This document shows, piece after piece, positions 52,259 to 64,000 of a DNA stretch of 64,000 nt (positions within the stretch are counted from its first letter, which is position 1; every line of letters begins with the position of its first letter). The stretch is from Bugula neritina (taxonomy: Eukaryota > Animalia > Bryozoa). The notes under the pieces were generated by a model. It was not told the DNA's origin and ran no database searches. It saw nothing but the letters and a program-made list of their open reading frames with translations. The translations under genes were made by a program, and so were the position numbers. Location: contig OZ037765.1 of the NCBI GenBank assembly GCA_964035545.1, positions 2,914,001 through 2,978,000 of the forward strand, given 5' to 3'.

Positions 52259-55200
52259 CTAATTAACCGCTTGTTGCTCCTGTTCTGGTTCTGGAAGTAT
52301 GATCATCCAATGGAGTCCAAGACGGAAATATTTACAGCATTTATAAAATATGAAGGTGCAAACAACAAGAAAAAAGGCCAAGGCATAAAAATAAATATCT
52401 AACTTTCCACAGTTGATGTTATTTGTCACTTGAAATATAGTTGTTAGAGCTAATCCAATAAAATTCCCAATGCCGATGGAAAACCAAAGTAATCCCATAG
52501 ATAGTCCTTGCATGTGAACCGGAGACTTGGTGTAGGCATACTCTAAACCTAAAAAAACAATCATTACTTTTGTTTTATAACAATAGCATGGAGTGTAGAA
52601 ACAATGCTAGTGGTTGCACTTGTAATTTGTACTGTAGCATCTCTTTATTTTAAAATTTAAAGTTGTTTTTTAGGAAATTATTTTCACATTTAGGAACTCC
52701 AACAACATGGTTGCCATACAGTACTTTTATATAAGGCATCCATTATTTGAATTTAAATATAGAAAACTGCACATACCAAGCAAAATTATTAGCAAAAGAT
52801 TTTAATTGCATAACAATATTCTTGTAAATTTACAAGTTTCTTGAACATGGCTCAATATTGACAATAACGTTTTTTTATTTCACAGAAAAATGTTGGTATA
52901 ATTCCTTAGCTAATCTTTAGCTAAAAGAATACATGAGTTTCATATCTTATAGCAGTTAAAATGTAATATCTAAATTATTGTTCATTTTTGTTATTTCTTT
53001 TGTAATAAATCATATCATTATTTTCATTTTTTGCTTATGTTTGGGTGAATTACAATACCAAAAAAGTTAACTGGTCAATTAAAACTGTTTCAAAATAAAT
53101 AAACCAACCTGTGGCTGTGATTAATATTTCACTCGCTCCTGCTAAGCAATACTGGATAGTTTGCCACGCAATATGTAATGATGGTGCAGTGCGATAATAA
53201 GTAAAATCTAAAACAGATGAAGAATTTATTTATAGTTAAATAAATTCCTATATGAAGTATCATTTCAAAGTACAAATAAGTTGCAATAATTTTACAAATT
53301 TCTATTGCCAATAAAGTGGTTGAAAATATCAATAATTTTACCACAACTCTTGAGCATGATCACAAAACATAGCAACTTGTTTAAACATTTACTAAACAGG
53401 GTTATATAAGATTTATTTGGGAAATAAACTTGACTGCTGGACAATGACATGCTTTAATGATAGAAAAAAAACAAATATAAAAGAATCAATAGAGGTTTTA
53501 ATTCTATGGACAATTTTGCAACTGCATGGCAAGCTACCTATATCACTGTAATATGTACATAAGTAAAGATGGTATATCTGATTATAGACATAGTTTTTTA
53601 TTACTGAATTTGATAACCACGTTGTAGTTGCAACACACAGTTTTTTGAAATTTTTATTTTAAGCTGACATAAATTAGCACCTTCTATCAACTCAGCAGAT
53701 CATAATATTAACAAAATTTATAAAAACTCGAGCCAATAAAAAGACAAATTTTGCCTTAAGGTCTTAAAAGCTTATATGTAACTTAATTCAGTGAAATAAG
53801 CGCCTGTAAAATGTGAATTTTTTTGAAATTATATTGGTTTTTTGAACTAAGAGAACAGCTTTGGTGCAGTGGTTAAAGCGCTGCATGGCCTAGTGAAAAA
53901 GAAGGTAAGTCCTTAAAGTTCAAACACCAACGGGGAGGTTAGGAAAAGCAATCAGTCATACTTGCTTCGGTGTAGTATTTAAAAATAAGTTTTTATATAG
54001 CTGGTTTTACTAAACTCTTTCTATCAAGAGTACTAACAGGGATAATTACTACAAACTTGCGTAAGAGATTTTTACTAACCTATAAATTGAACCTGTACTC
54101 CAAGTTCACAAATATTCTGTAGCCGTGCTGTTTCAATAGCTCCGGCGGCAAGCATCGACAATGAAGCGAAGATCATACCCATGACAAGACGGCGATATGT
54201 ATAAATAAAACAGTTGCGAGCAGTGAGGCATTCGTAGAAGGTATGAGCAAACGGCAGGAATAATAAAATGAATATATTGTCAGCAATACTCAGAAATGCA
54301 GCCGCCATCTAAAATAAAATAGCACATTTAATGTAACCCAATTTAATTAAATTTCAAATGTTTCAATAATGAAAGAATATACTATTAGTTGCAGGTTTAT
54401 TAGTCATTAGTGTAACACAGTTCATTGAGACAGTTTCCCACAATAAACTGCCTATCCATATTATTTCTAGATATCTATTTTTATTAAGCATCATTACGTT
54501 GTTGATGCAACCTCTCTACCGCCACATCAATAAACATTATATTCAAAAGCAGCTGAATAAAAATCAAAGATATTTTAGAATATTGATTATCAACACATAC
54601 TGGACTGTTTTTTGAGCTAGTGTCTCCATCTAAATATGTTGTATTAGTCACGCTGTCACAGAGAGTTGAGTTGAGCAGCTGCCACCTGGAGGTGCAGGAT
54701 GTTATTGGAAAGACGGTTGGCTGATCAAGAGGGAAGCCGAGTGACATATGAAGTCCTTGCAGTTGGTAAATGTTTCCCATAATCTAAAAACAATTACTAA
54801 AAAAGTAAAGCTTTGACTTTATTCCTCCAGTTTTGATTGCAGTTTTTTTTTAAATTTTTGAAAAGTTTGCAATTTACTAACATTAGGACAAAATTTGTGT
54901 TTTTAATGCTGCTAGAAATGTATATTCAGTTAAACATGGTGCTGTAATTCGTATATACACCAGAGCTTTACAGTGGTCAAATAGCTTGTGCTTTATGTCA
55001 TGCAGTTTTCTCCTTGTACTGCAACATTTGGTCACAGAATTGTGAAACTACATTTTTAGTAATCCTATTGTATAAAATGTAAGTTTGTAGAACTATATAT
55101 CTTAAAAATGATATGTTTACCTTTTAATGCCATGCCCTGGCCAGTTGGCAGAGAAGATGATGGTATATAACCATGATTTTGAGTAAACATTTTAATAAAA

Positions 55201-56528
55201 GCAGTTTTATCATTCATGAATACAAAAACTTGCATGACTGTAGCAGATCCAGTAGGGAACCATCAACAGAACCACTTTGAATATCTGACAGATGTTCTTT
55301 GTATCTCTTATCTCTTGAAATGTACACTCAGCTCCAGGGTAACCTTTAGCCTCATTGGAATATTCCAGAAGCCATTCTTCCTCTATGCTAAAATGTTTAA
55401 TAATTAACCATTATTTAACAAATAATAATAGCCAACTGTTTAGCTGCCATAAAATAAAATACATTCCCTTTACTTGAAACTTACAATATCCTGAAGTTTC
55501 TTTCAAAAAATACTCTTGATACACCAAAAGTTATGTATTTTTAAACTTATCGTTTATTTATCTATTAAACAAGTATAATTATTATACTAGCTACTCTTAA
55601 TGATATAAAAATCATTTTTAGCATGCAATCTTATGTTATTCGTTACAGGAATATTAAACATCAGAAAATATTTTTTTTAAATATATGACTTAATTATTAA
55701 TTTAACAATTGTACACTAGTATCTGTAAATTTGTGTGATAATTTGAATGTTTTTTTAGCATTAATCAGGTATGTGATAGCATATATCACTAAAGTTGGCT
55801 TCAATAATCCATCAATAGTCTTTAGTTACTAATAGACATCAAACACAAGTCATTTTATATGAATACATGTAGAGCTATATGGGCCACTTACTCGGGATTG
55901 TTTCTCTTCACTTTCCGGGCATTGCAAATAACCTTAAATATGTCCTTCACTACAAATCTCGATTCAGGTAATCTTTTGATAGATAATTTCATACCTAAAA
56001 CATAATTTAACAAAAATTGTATTAGCCAAAAACTTTTGAGATGAAGTTAGTAGTTTTGCTAATTTGAATGACAAACTACATTATATTAAAAATTTAAGGT
56101 GACAAAGGTGAGTTTAAATCAACATTTGGTAATAATAGCATAAGATAAATAGCTTTTGGTTTCTTTCACTTACAACTTTTGTTTTAATAATTTACTCACC
56201 GGTTTTACTGTCTTAAAAGCAAAATCAAAATATTGACAAAAGTATCAAGTAAATTATGCTGTTGAGTTAAAGCAATGTTTCAACGGCTTTGACCCGATTT
56301 AGAAGAACAGTTTTGTTTTTGCAAGAAAGTATACCTGACAGGAAAAACAGAAAGCTGAGCAACAGGGAGCTTGATAATGCTATGAGATATCCAAAAGCAA
56401 AACTTGTTCTCTCCTCCAACATAGAAAAGCCGGAATTTGCAATAAGAGCTCCGAGATTGGTTCCCCAGAAGTACCAAGTCATAAACTTGCGAGAGTGAGT
56501 GACTCCGTACATTCGAACCTATGAAGTA

Positions 56529-56624
<96 letters not shown>

Positions 56625-57334
56625 GTATATATATATATGTATATATATATGTATATGTATATTGTTTCTTTTCTCCAATCAGCAATCAACTCTACAAAAA
56701 ATTTAAAATATTGCAATAACGCAACAAATACGTAATATAAGTACATCAACTAAGTTATTTATCTGTTTTACCTGCAAAGTCTTACCTGTTGAGCTCCAAA
56801 CGGTGGTAAATTAGTCTTGACGATTGCAGCTGCCATTGAAATAATGAACAAGGCAAGGCCAATCAGTGATACAGAAAGTCTCAAGTCATCATCAGAAAAA
56901 GTCCTTTCACAAGCAGTTCCCTCATAAGTATTAGACGAAGAATTTTGTGAAATTTTCAAATAATCATACTTTGAAGTTTTATACAGCAAGGCATAACCCA
57001 AGTGGTAGAAAATGTACCCAATAATAATGGTCACATGACGACTTATATAACTATCAGATATCACGCCCCCCAGCAAACAGCAAGTATAGGTAACAGCATT
57101 AAAGAGGAATTGCACTGCAGAGGCTTGACTGTCGGATAGGCAAAGGGGCTGCTTAGTGAGGTAAGCAAACAGTGTCCCCGACACGCTGTACCACGCCACT
57201 CTCTCAAAGGTTTCGGCAGCTATGACGAAAAAGGCAGCGGCTATTCGCTTCGGACCTCTTTGCTCATCTTCGTCTACATATGGATGTCTGCCGCTAGTCT
57301 GTGTCATCAGGGGCGTGGTCTCGTTGGCGGCCAT
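52259..57334 (-). CDS. Fourth, divergent SLC15A3/A4-like POT/PTR transporter (multi-exon)
   Basis: ETTPLM dileucine-like signal, intact ETFER motif, [53 protein letters not shown]; intron positions match copies 1-3 where checked. Confidence 0.88.
53862..53945 (+). mobile_element. Degenerate tRNA-derived SINE-like fragment (different family)
   Basis: tggtgcagtggttaaagcgc A-box-like and gttcaaac B-box-like segments. Confidence 0.35.
56531..56662. repeat. (TA)n microsatellite ~12 nt from the exon-2 acceptor of the fourth SLC15 gene
   Basis: Directly visible. Confidence 0.98.
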
Positions 57335-59640
57335 CTTGAGTCTGAAAGAGGTTTATACCAGATGGTTAACCCACATCTGAAATAGTTTCAAAGAATCATG
57401 AAGCAGAGTTGATTGGTTTCTTTATCACACTAAAGCCATAAACATATTTTCATGACAACATCCCAAGTTCCTAGTTTGTTTTCAATAACATTTGTTAACC
57501 AAGATGTAGCAAGTTTCGTTTCGCTTATCTAGTTATTGCATGTGATTATTTAGAATTGGAATTAATGCTGGGTTGTTTCCTCAATTGTGCCCAACACCAC
57601 TGTGAAACCTTAAACCAAGTTTGACAAAATGACATTAAAATCTGTAAAATCAATTAGGCCTACTGATAACTCACACAATGAACATAGAGAAACTAGCAAA
57701 CATTGCTAACATACATTACAATACTAGATCTATTACGACAAAATGATTGTTGCAAGTGAAACTGCACTAATATGCAGAGGCAAATAAAGTTGACACTATA
57801 AAAATGCTAGTATTATAGTCACATATAAAATAAAACAAACAAAATTGAGTATACTAAATCTAAACTATTACCTTTATTTCTCTAGTGACCACAAGACTGA
57901 TAATAAAATGCGCAGTGAGTATAAGTAAAAATGAACTATTTTAATTTTGTATGTACTAATCATTTTGATACCAAAAGCCTACTGACAGCCCAGACAGCAG
58001 CAATAACTAGTGGAGAAAATTTATTACATTATTTAAAAGTGCATTGGTGGATTTGAATAGCCCAAATCTTTGCCAGCCAGTGACCAATGCTGACAGCAAT
58101 GTGGCAGTGAAGCAAGGCCACAAATAAACTGTGAAGGTATAAAGGCAACTTGAGAAGCATGGAATATGAGAAGCATCTTATTACATGATAGCATAGGCTA
58201 TACAAAGTAATGAAGAAAAAATTAGCCAAGATCTTGTTACACAAGAAGCGCTAACTTCAAAACATGAAAACTTTCATTTTTCACTGACAACGAATTTCAA
58301 TTACTTTCAGGATGGTTAATATCCTTCTTTTGAGCAGTAATCAACTGTGACTGTTCGGTTCAGTTCCAAAGACTTTTTTAGTTTGAAAAATCTCTAAATG
58401 ACATGCTCATAATAACTTAGTAAATAAAAGCTAGAACTTTATCACCTAGCACTATGTTTCTAAGTTGCTATTTGTGCTGAAAATACTCATTAAACTTAAT
58501 CCTATATTTCATCATTTCAGTGCAACAGCAATAGCTGTTGGTGGTTTGGACAAAAATCAAACCACTAGTTTGGTTGTAAGCCACAGTGAGTTATGATGAC
58601 AAGGAATTGTTTGCTCTTGTTACATAATATTATTTTGTATTGACTATAATAATCAGTAAAGAAAGTGCAATAGTAAACAAAGAAAGGGCAGAAGTTATGA
58701 GAACTAATTTTCAGAACAGACAGTATCTTTCTCTTTTTATTGTAGCTTTCTATAGAAAACTGGTGGTGTGATTAAGTAAGTAAAATCTAAGGCTCCTTAA
58801 AGCAATACAGCTGAGCAATTAGCATTTACAAGTAGCCAACGAGAAATGACTCAACATAAACATTGCGATGTATTATAGCTGCATATGCTACTGTAGAAAC
58901 TGGGGCATAGCATCTTGCATACACACATTCTTAGCAATGTTTGTGTGTATTCTGCGTAGGACAGTGCATTGGTAACACTTCTTATCAAAAGGCAGTAGAC
59001 TGACTACATATGATTAAATATTTTGATATGCTTATAACCAGATAGATATGATGATGATATCACACTAATAAATAATGAAACTTCTGTCTTGTAGCTGCCA
59101 CTGCCACTCTAATATGAAGAGAAAAACACATAATTGCTTTCAACTCACTATGAATATTACTTTCACAGATTTTATTGTAGTGAAAATAAGGGCATTGGTA
59201 CTTAAATACTTATTTCCTGGAAAGAAAGCTTTATTGCATTATCTGGGTTTCACATAAACAGCCATGCAAGTGATCAAAGTTATATGGAGAAGAAATGGAT
59301 GCTGCCACACTAGTTGAAAACTTTGTAATATCACAAATTAACCATACCATAAATTATGGGTCAATTGTCATCTATTATCTTGAAGAAACAATTCCTTTTT
59401 CTAATTCTAACAAACCAAATCTGGATGCTCATTTTTACATACAATAATTCTATACTCCGGTTTTATATTGATTTTAATCTGCAAGCTCATCGCAATTGGA
59501 GCAAAGAGATTTTTCATTCAAAGAGTTAATGATAATTGATGACTCATATACCTGACTCTTCTTGGCACAGACAGACATCTTCAGCAAGTGAATGGAATTA
59601 TTTTATTAATTAGATAAAACTATTTTCACTGTAATCCTTC

Positions 59641-60112
59641 TGTAGTGAATTTAGCGCTAGTGTGCTCAGCTATTTTAGCTATATTAAAACCGTACTAAGA
59701 AAAGTTTTTTACAGCACAGCCAGTGCTAACTAAAATACCTCTGGCACTTGGCAATAGTTGGTGCTAGTGGACTAGTGTAATTTTAAGAGAGCAAAATGAG
59801 CGAGTTATTTACGTTAATTATTTGGTTTCTTTTTTTGTAGATTACAACTGTTTTTTGTTTTCATATTGTTTATCTATGTTTATCCTGATCATGTAAGTTT
59901 GAATTGCAATAATTGTAGTCTTGACTATGTCAATAGAAGTAAATCAGTGTCAAATGAGATCAACCAATGCATATTAGAATAAAACATAATAAAGGACATC
60001 AGGGAAGAGTTAATGCTCAACTCAAAGCCTAGTTCACTACAGTAAAGATCTTAGTACGTTTTTAATAATTATAGCTAAATTAGCTGAGCAAACTAGCGCT
60101 AATTTCACTACA
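59641..60112. mobile_element. 472-bp MITE with TGT...ACA termini, ~60-bp TIRs and a 5-bp TSD (Ginger-like)
   Basis: tgtagtgaatttagcgctagtgtgctcagcta... versus ...tagctgagcaaactagcgctaatttcactaca; CCTTC at 59636-59640 and 60113-60117. Confidence 0.85.
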
Positions 60113-60957
60113 CCTTCTAAACTAGAGTTCATCAAATGAAAGACAGAAATGCATCACCAGTTTTCAGCTAATAAAATTTACCTTATAGTGGATGATTCTA
60201 TTTGCTTCACCACAAGATTACTTCTAGCAAAGTATAATATGTAGGTACCTGTAGGTATAGATGGTTCTCTATATATTTTACATGACCTACCTACTCTGTC
60301 AACGAAAGAGCTGCTTCTACTTTAGCTGGTCTCCAAAGATCTAATCTATAATAGGAGTATAGCATTACACAGTCACTGCTTGAACAGTGTATATATTGCA
60401 GACAATAAACGAGGTTGTCTGTAAGTTAGGACTTTAAACAAATAACACATACAGTACGATAATAACAAATGGGTGAAAAAGGGAAAAGTTGGCTGTTTAT
60501 ACTTTACTTTCCTCAATTACTTGGCAATACAGCTAACGCTTATCTCATTGAATGGCATGAAGCCCTTGTACAGCTATAGAACTGTGCAAAAGAAATTACA
60601 GCTGCAAGTATTATCGTATAATTACTAACTGAGTATCATGTGTTGAGAGCTATAGCAAGTGACTTGCAGTTAAGCAGAATATGTGTTGCTAAGTGAAGTA
60701 AAGCTTGAACAGGGTCCAAGTCACATTAACTGGAGTACTCGGTGACTCCAGCACTTGATAGTATATAACTCAAGTCAGTTTACTCAAGTTAAAAGGAAAC
60801 TTGAATTAATTTGATTTCCTCACCTAACCTACTTGAAGGTTTAATAATAATTTACTTACTGTAAGCCTTTGAAAACTAGGAGTAGACTAAAACGCTTAAG
60901 TTAGTTTCAGCTATCAACTATAATTTGAATGATGAATATATTACAAGTAGAGTATTA

Positions 60958-61164
<207 letters not shown>

Positions 61165-61167
61165 CAT

Positions 61168-61744
61168 ATTCGAAATGTTTTTGAACATAAAAATGGTTAC
61201 CCTAAATATGTAATAGAGAAAACTATTAACAACATTGGTGACGGACTACTCAGTGAAAAAGACAACAGGAAACACATTTTACTTCAGCTGCCTTATAAAG
61301 GAGTAACAGGAGAAAAACTAATCCTCCCTCAATAAATTAATTACAGACTCTTTTTCAAATGAACTCAATGCACGTATTTTATTTAAAGGAACCCCCTTAA
61401 GTTCACATTTTAATCTCAAAGATAAAACCAATAAAGAACACATTCACAACCTAGTCTACAAAATAACCTGCCCTGAAGCTACCTGTCAACAAACATATGT
61501 AGGCGAAACCGGACGTCGCCTATCACACAGGATACATGAACACTGCCATGACATCAATTCCAAAATTTATCAACACATCTCTACCACCAATCATGGAAAC
61601 ATATCAATAGACAATGTAACAGTTTTAAATCATTCATTTAAAGGAATCCATCATCGAAAAGTAGCCGAAGCTCTCTACATTAAACAAATAAAACCGCAAC
61701 TCAATAAACAAAATTACTCCATACCACTAAAACTATATCAATAG
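61168..61744 (+). mobile_element. 5'-truncated Penelope-like retroelement fragment (post-RT linker and GIY-YIG endonuclease), one frameshift
   Basis: Manual translation: ..[16 protein letters not shown].. (frameshift ~61325) ..NLVYKITCPEATCQQTYVGETGRRLSHRIHEH..RKVAEALYIKQIKPQLNKQ..*. Not in the ORF track. Confidence 0.88.
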
Positions 61745-63379
61745 CTCCACACTATACTCAACTCTCACATAGTTTCACTAATTCTTCACAGTTGGTTTAA
61801 GGTCATACTTTTCATTTTCTGGCTCTTTGCCAGGTGCTTTATGTTCTATATGAACAATGTTCCACTGATAGCTCGAACAGGTTGAATGTCACAAGAACAA
61901 AAAAAATATGAAAAGATAAAGAAACTTATGTTCTCCAATATACTTTTTTATTTTTTTCAAAAGCCAATTCATGTTTAAGTTATAGCTTGTTGAAAAACAT
62001 AGTCCCCCTTCCACATTCTTTTCAATTTATACGCTCCTGACTTGTTATTGTGTCTCAATATGCCTTGTATTTGAGTGCTTGTTAGTCTCGCTTCACTAAC
62101 TTTGCCTATACTTCACAAGTGCCAGTGCTGCTGGCTCAAAAGCTAAATGTTATAAACTGTCAGCTAAAACCCAATCTTGTATTCCTAGGTTGGTTGGCCT
62201 AAATAAAACAATAGTCAAATCATGATTTCATGTTTTAAAAATTTACTCTATTCTAACCTGCTGCCTAGCTAGTTCTATTTTTGATGTATAATTACAAAAT
62301 TTGTGATACATTTTTTTGGCAACCATGTAATTTATAAAATGCAGTAATGGTACTTATAATATTATATTATTATCATTATAATATATTATATAGTATTATG
62401 TGTGCTTTTATTATCCTGCATAATATCTAATTTATTATTGTTGTTGTGCAAACAAGTGCAATTAACAGTTTTCAAAATGTACCTCTAAATTATCAGAATA
62501 TCAGTTTAGATATTTTCATGCTTTGTAAGGTAAACCTAAAAAAAGAGGCTGTATTCCCAAAGTAAAGGGTGTTGAACTATGAACTATATTAGATTAGCCA
62601 CTCTGCTACCAAGTGCATCAGTATAATATTATATGAATAGCTCTGATGCTTTGTCTCCGGTGGCTGGCTGCGATATGATAACTTGGCCAACTTCCAAGAG
62701 TTTAAAATTGGCGCAATTATTCAAGAGGTTACATACTGCACAGAGCTAGCAGTGATAGTAACCTTGCTATTGGCAGTACTTATTACAACTGCCAGCATAT
62801 AAGCTGCATTGTAGAATGCCGTTGGGGCAGGCTAGTAAAACCAAATTCTGCTCTCTAATATACCTTAGACAAAATGCAGCAACATAATTTTTAGTTTCAA
62901 ATTACATTTGCCACCCTTACATGAGCTGTGGGCTTCATAAAGATTCATATGATTAGAGATTTATGCTATAGGCCCTATCTGTGCTAGTGTATGATGAAAA
63001 TAACACACCATTGTCAAAGTTAACTTCAAGTATGTTGTTTTCCAGAAACTCAGTAATGTCCATTTATCTCTCGCATACAAATACTTATGTAATACCATAC
63101 AGTTTAAGTTTTATTTTAGAGCACATCTGCAAACTCTACAATAAGAGCTTGCTTTACCAGTCTATTTCAGACCTGTTTTTGTAGTTAGTAATACGCAAGC
63201 TACTTATTTTTAAACTTTTGGGTTATTTGTTCAAAACCATTAGCTTTGCTAGTAACCCGATACTATTGCAACAGTTGACTGCTATCAACATGAATTGACA
63301 GCCTAATAATTATAACCCTTTTGCGCGCGAAATATTTATGTAATGATAGTTACTCATATAGTGCGCATCTTATTACCGA

Positions 63380-63460
63380 TGACTGCGTGGTCTAGAGGTT
63401 AGAGGCGTCAGCGAGGAGTTAGTTGGTTATGGTTCAACCCTGTTTTGTTGCAATTTTTTT
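63380..63460 (+). mobile_element. Degenerate tRNA-derived repeat
   Basis: gtggtctagaggttagagg A-box-like segment, ggttcaaccc B-box-like segment, T-run downstream. Confidence 0.35.
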
Positions 63461-64000
63461 TGTCAACTTATGCAAATCCTACGCATGTATAATAAATATG
63501 GCTATAATTGTAAAGTTTTTTTTAACTTTTGTTCAACAGTAAGACAACATACATGCATAATAATTAGATACTGAACACTGGACTAAACCTTAAATTGATC
63601 TTATAGAATACAATGTACTTAAAATAATCATATGTGAATTAGAGAAACTGAAAGTACACCTGCTGCTCTATAGACAGACCTTTACTGACAAGACTGCAAA
63701 GTGAAGTGATTTAGCTGAAATTAACTCTGCCAAACAAACAAAGAATTATGTTGTGCTGAGGCATTTTCAATATATTATTGTAACATAGTGAGATGATTCA
63801 GCTAAGTGCTAATGTAAAACAGGGAACATTATATTGGCAGAAATCCAATAGACTGCCAATTTGTGCGAGAGGGTACTATATGTTATTGTGATAGCGCGCA
63901 GAGCGGCAAACGTACTAGGGATGTTATAATTAGTCACAGGAGCGTAGCTAGAACCACCATATGAAGAATTTAGAAAATTGCAGTGAAACTTGCAAAATGG

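Noticed and set aside
61860-61895. Possible hammerhead downstream of the Penelope fragment (ctgatag...gaac)
   Set aside because: Core does not match CUGANGA/GAAA and no stems are apparent.
63312-63876. piggyBac-like MITE (aaccctttt... / ...gagagggta)
   Set aside because: TIR match is poor and there is no intact TTAA on either side.

Overview
AT-rich, intron-containing animal (invertebrate-type) genomic DNA; the species cannot be determined from the sequence. Left to right: (1) the 3' end of an LTR retrotransposon with a spliced zinc-finger/coiled-coil accessory ORF; (2) a tandem triplication of an 8-exon SLC15A4-like (POT/PTR family) lysosomal transporter gene, with duplication junctions cutting through the last exon of the convergent RABGGTB gene; (3) RABGGTB (-), GLT1D1 (+, with a 3.3-kb fold-back ISL2EU-like transposon in an intron) and APEX2 (-); (4) a 3-exon orphan gene; (5) two intronless paralogues resembling phospholipid scramblases; (6) a TA-embedded 271-bp tandem repeat with two type I hammerhead ribozyme motifs (retrozyme-like); (7) a fourth, divergent SLC15 gene (-); (8) several MITEs, tRNA-derived repeats and a Penelope-like GIY-YIG fragment. 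The strongest leads are the hammerhead/retrozyme-like element, whose monomer is extensively self-complementary, and the triplicated SLC15A4-like genes, which have altered ExxER/K proton-coupling residues and hypervariable luminal loops. All calls come from manual reading; no searches or folding programs were run.
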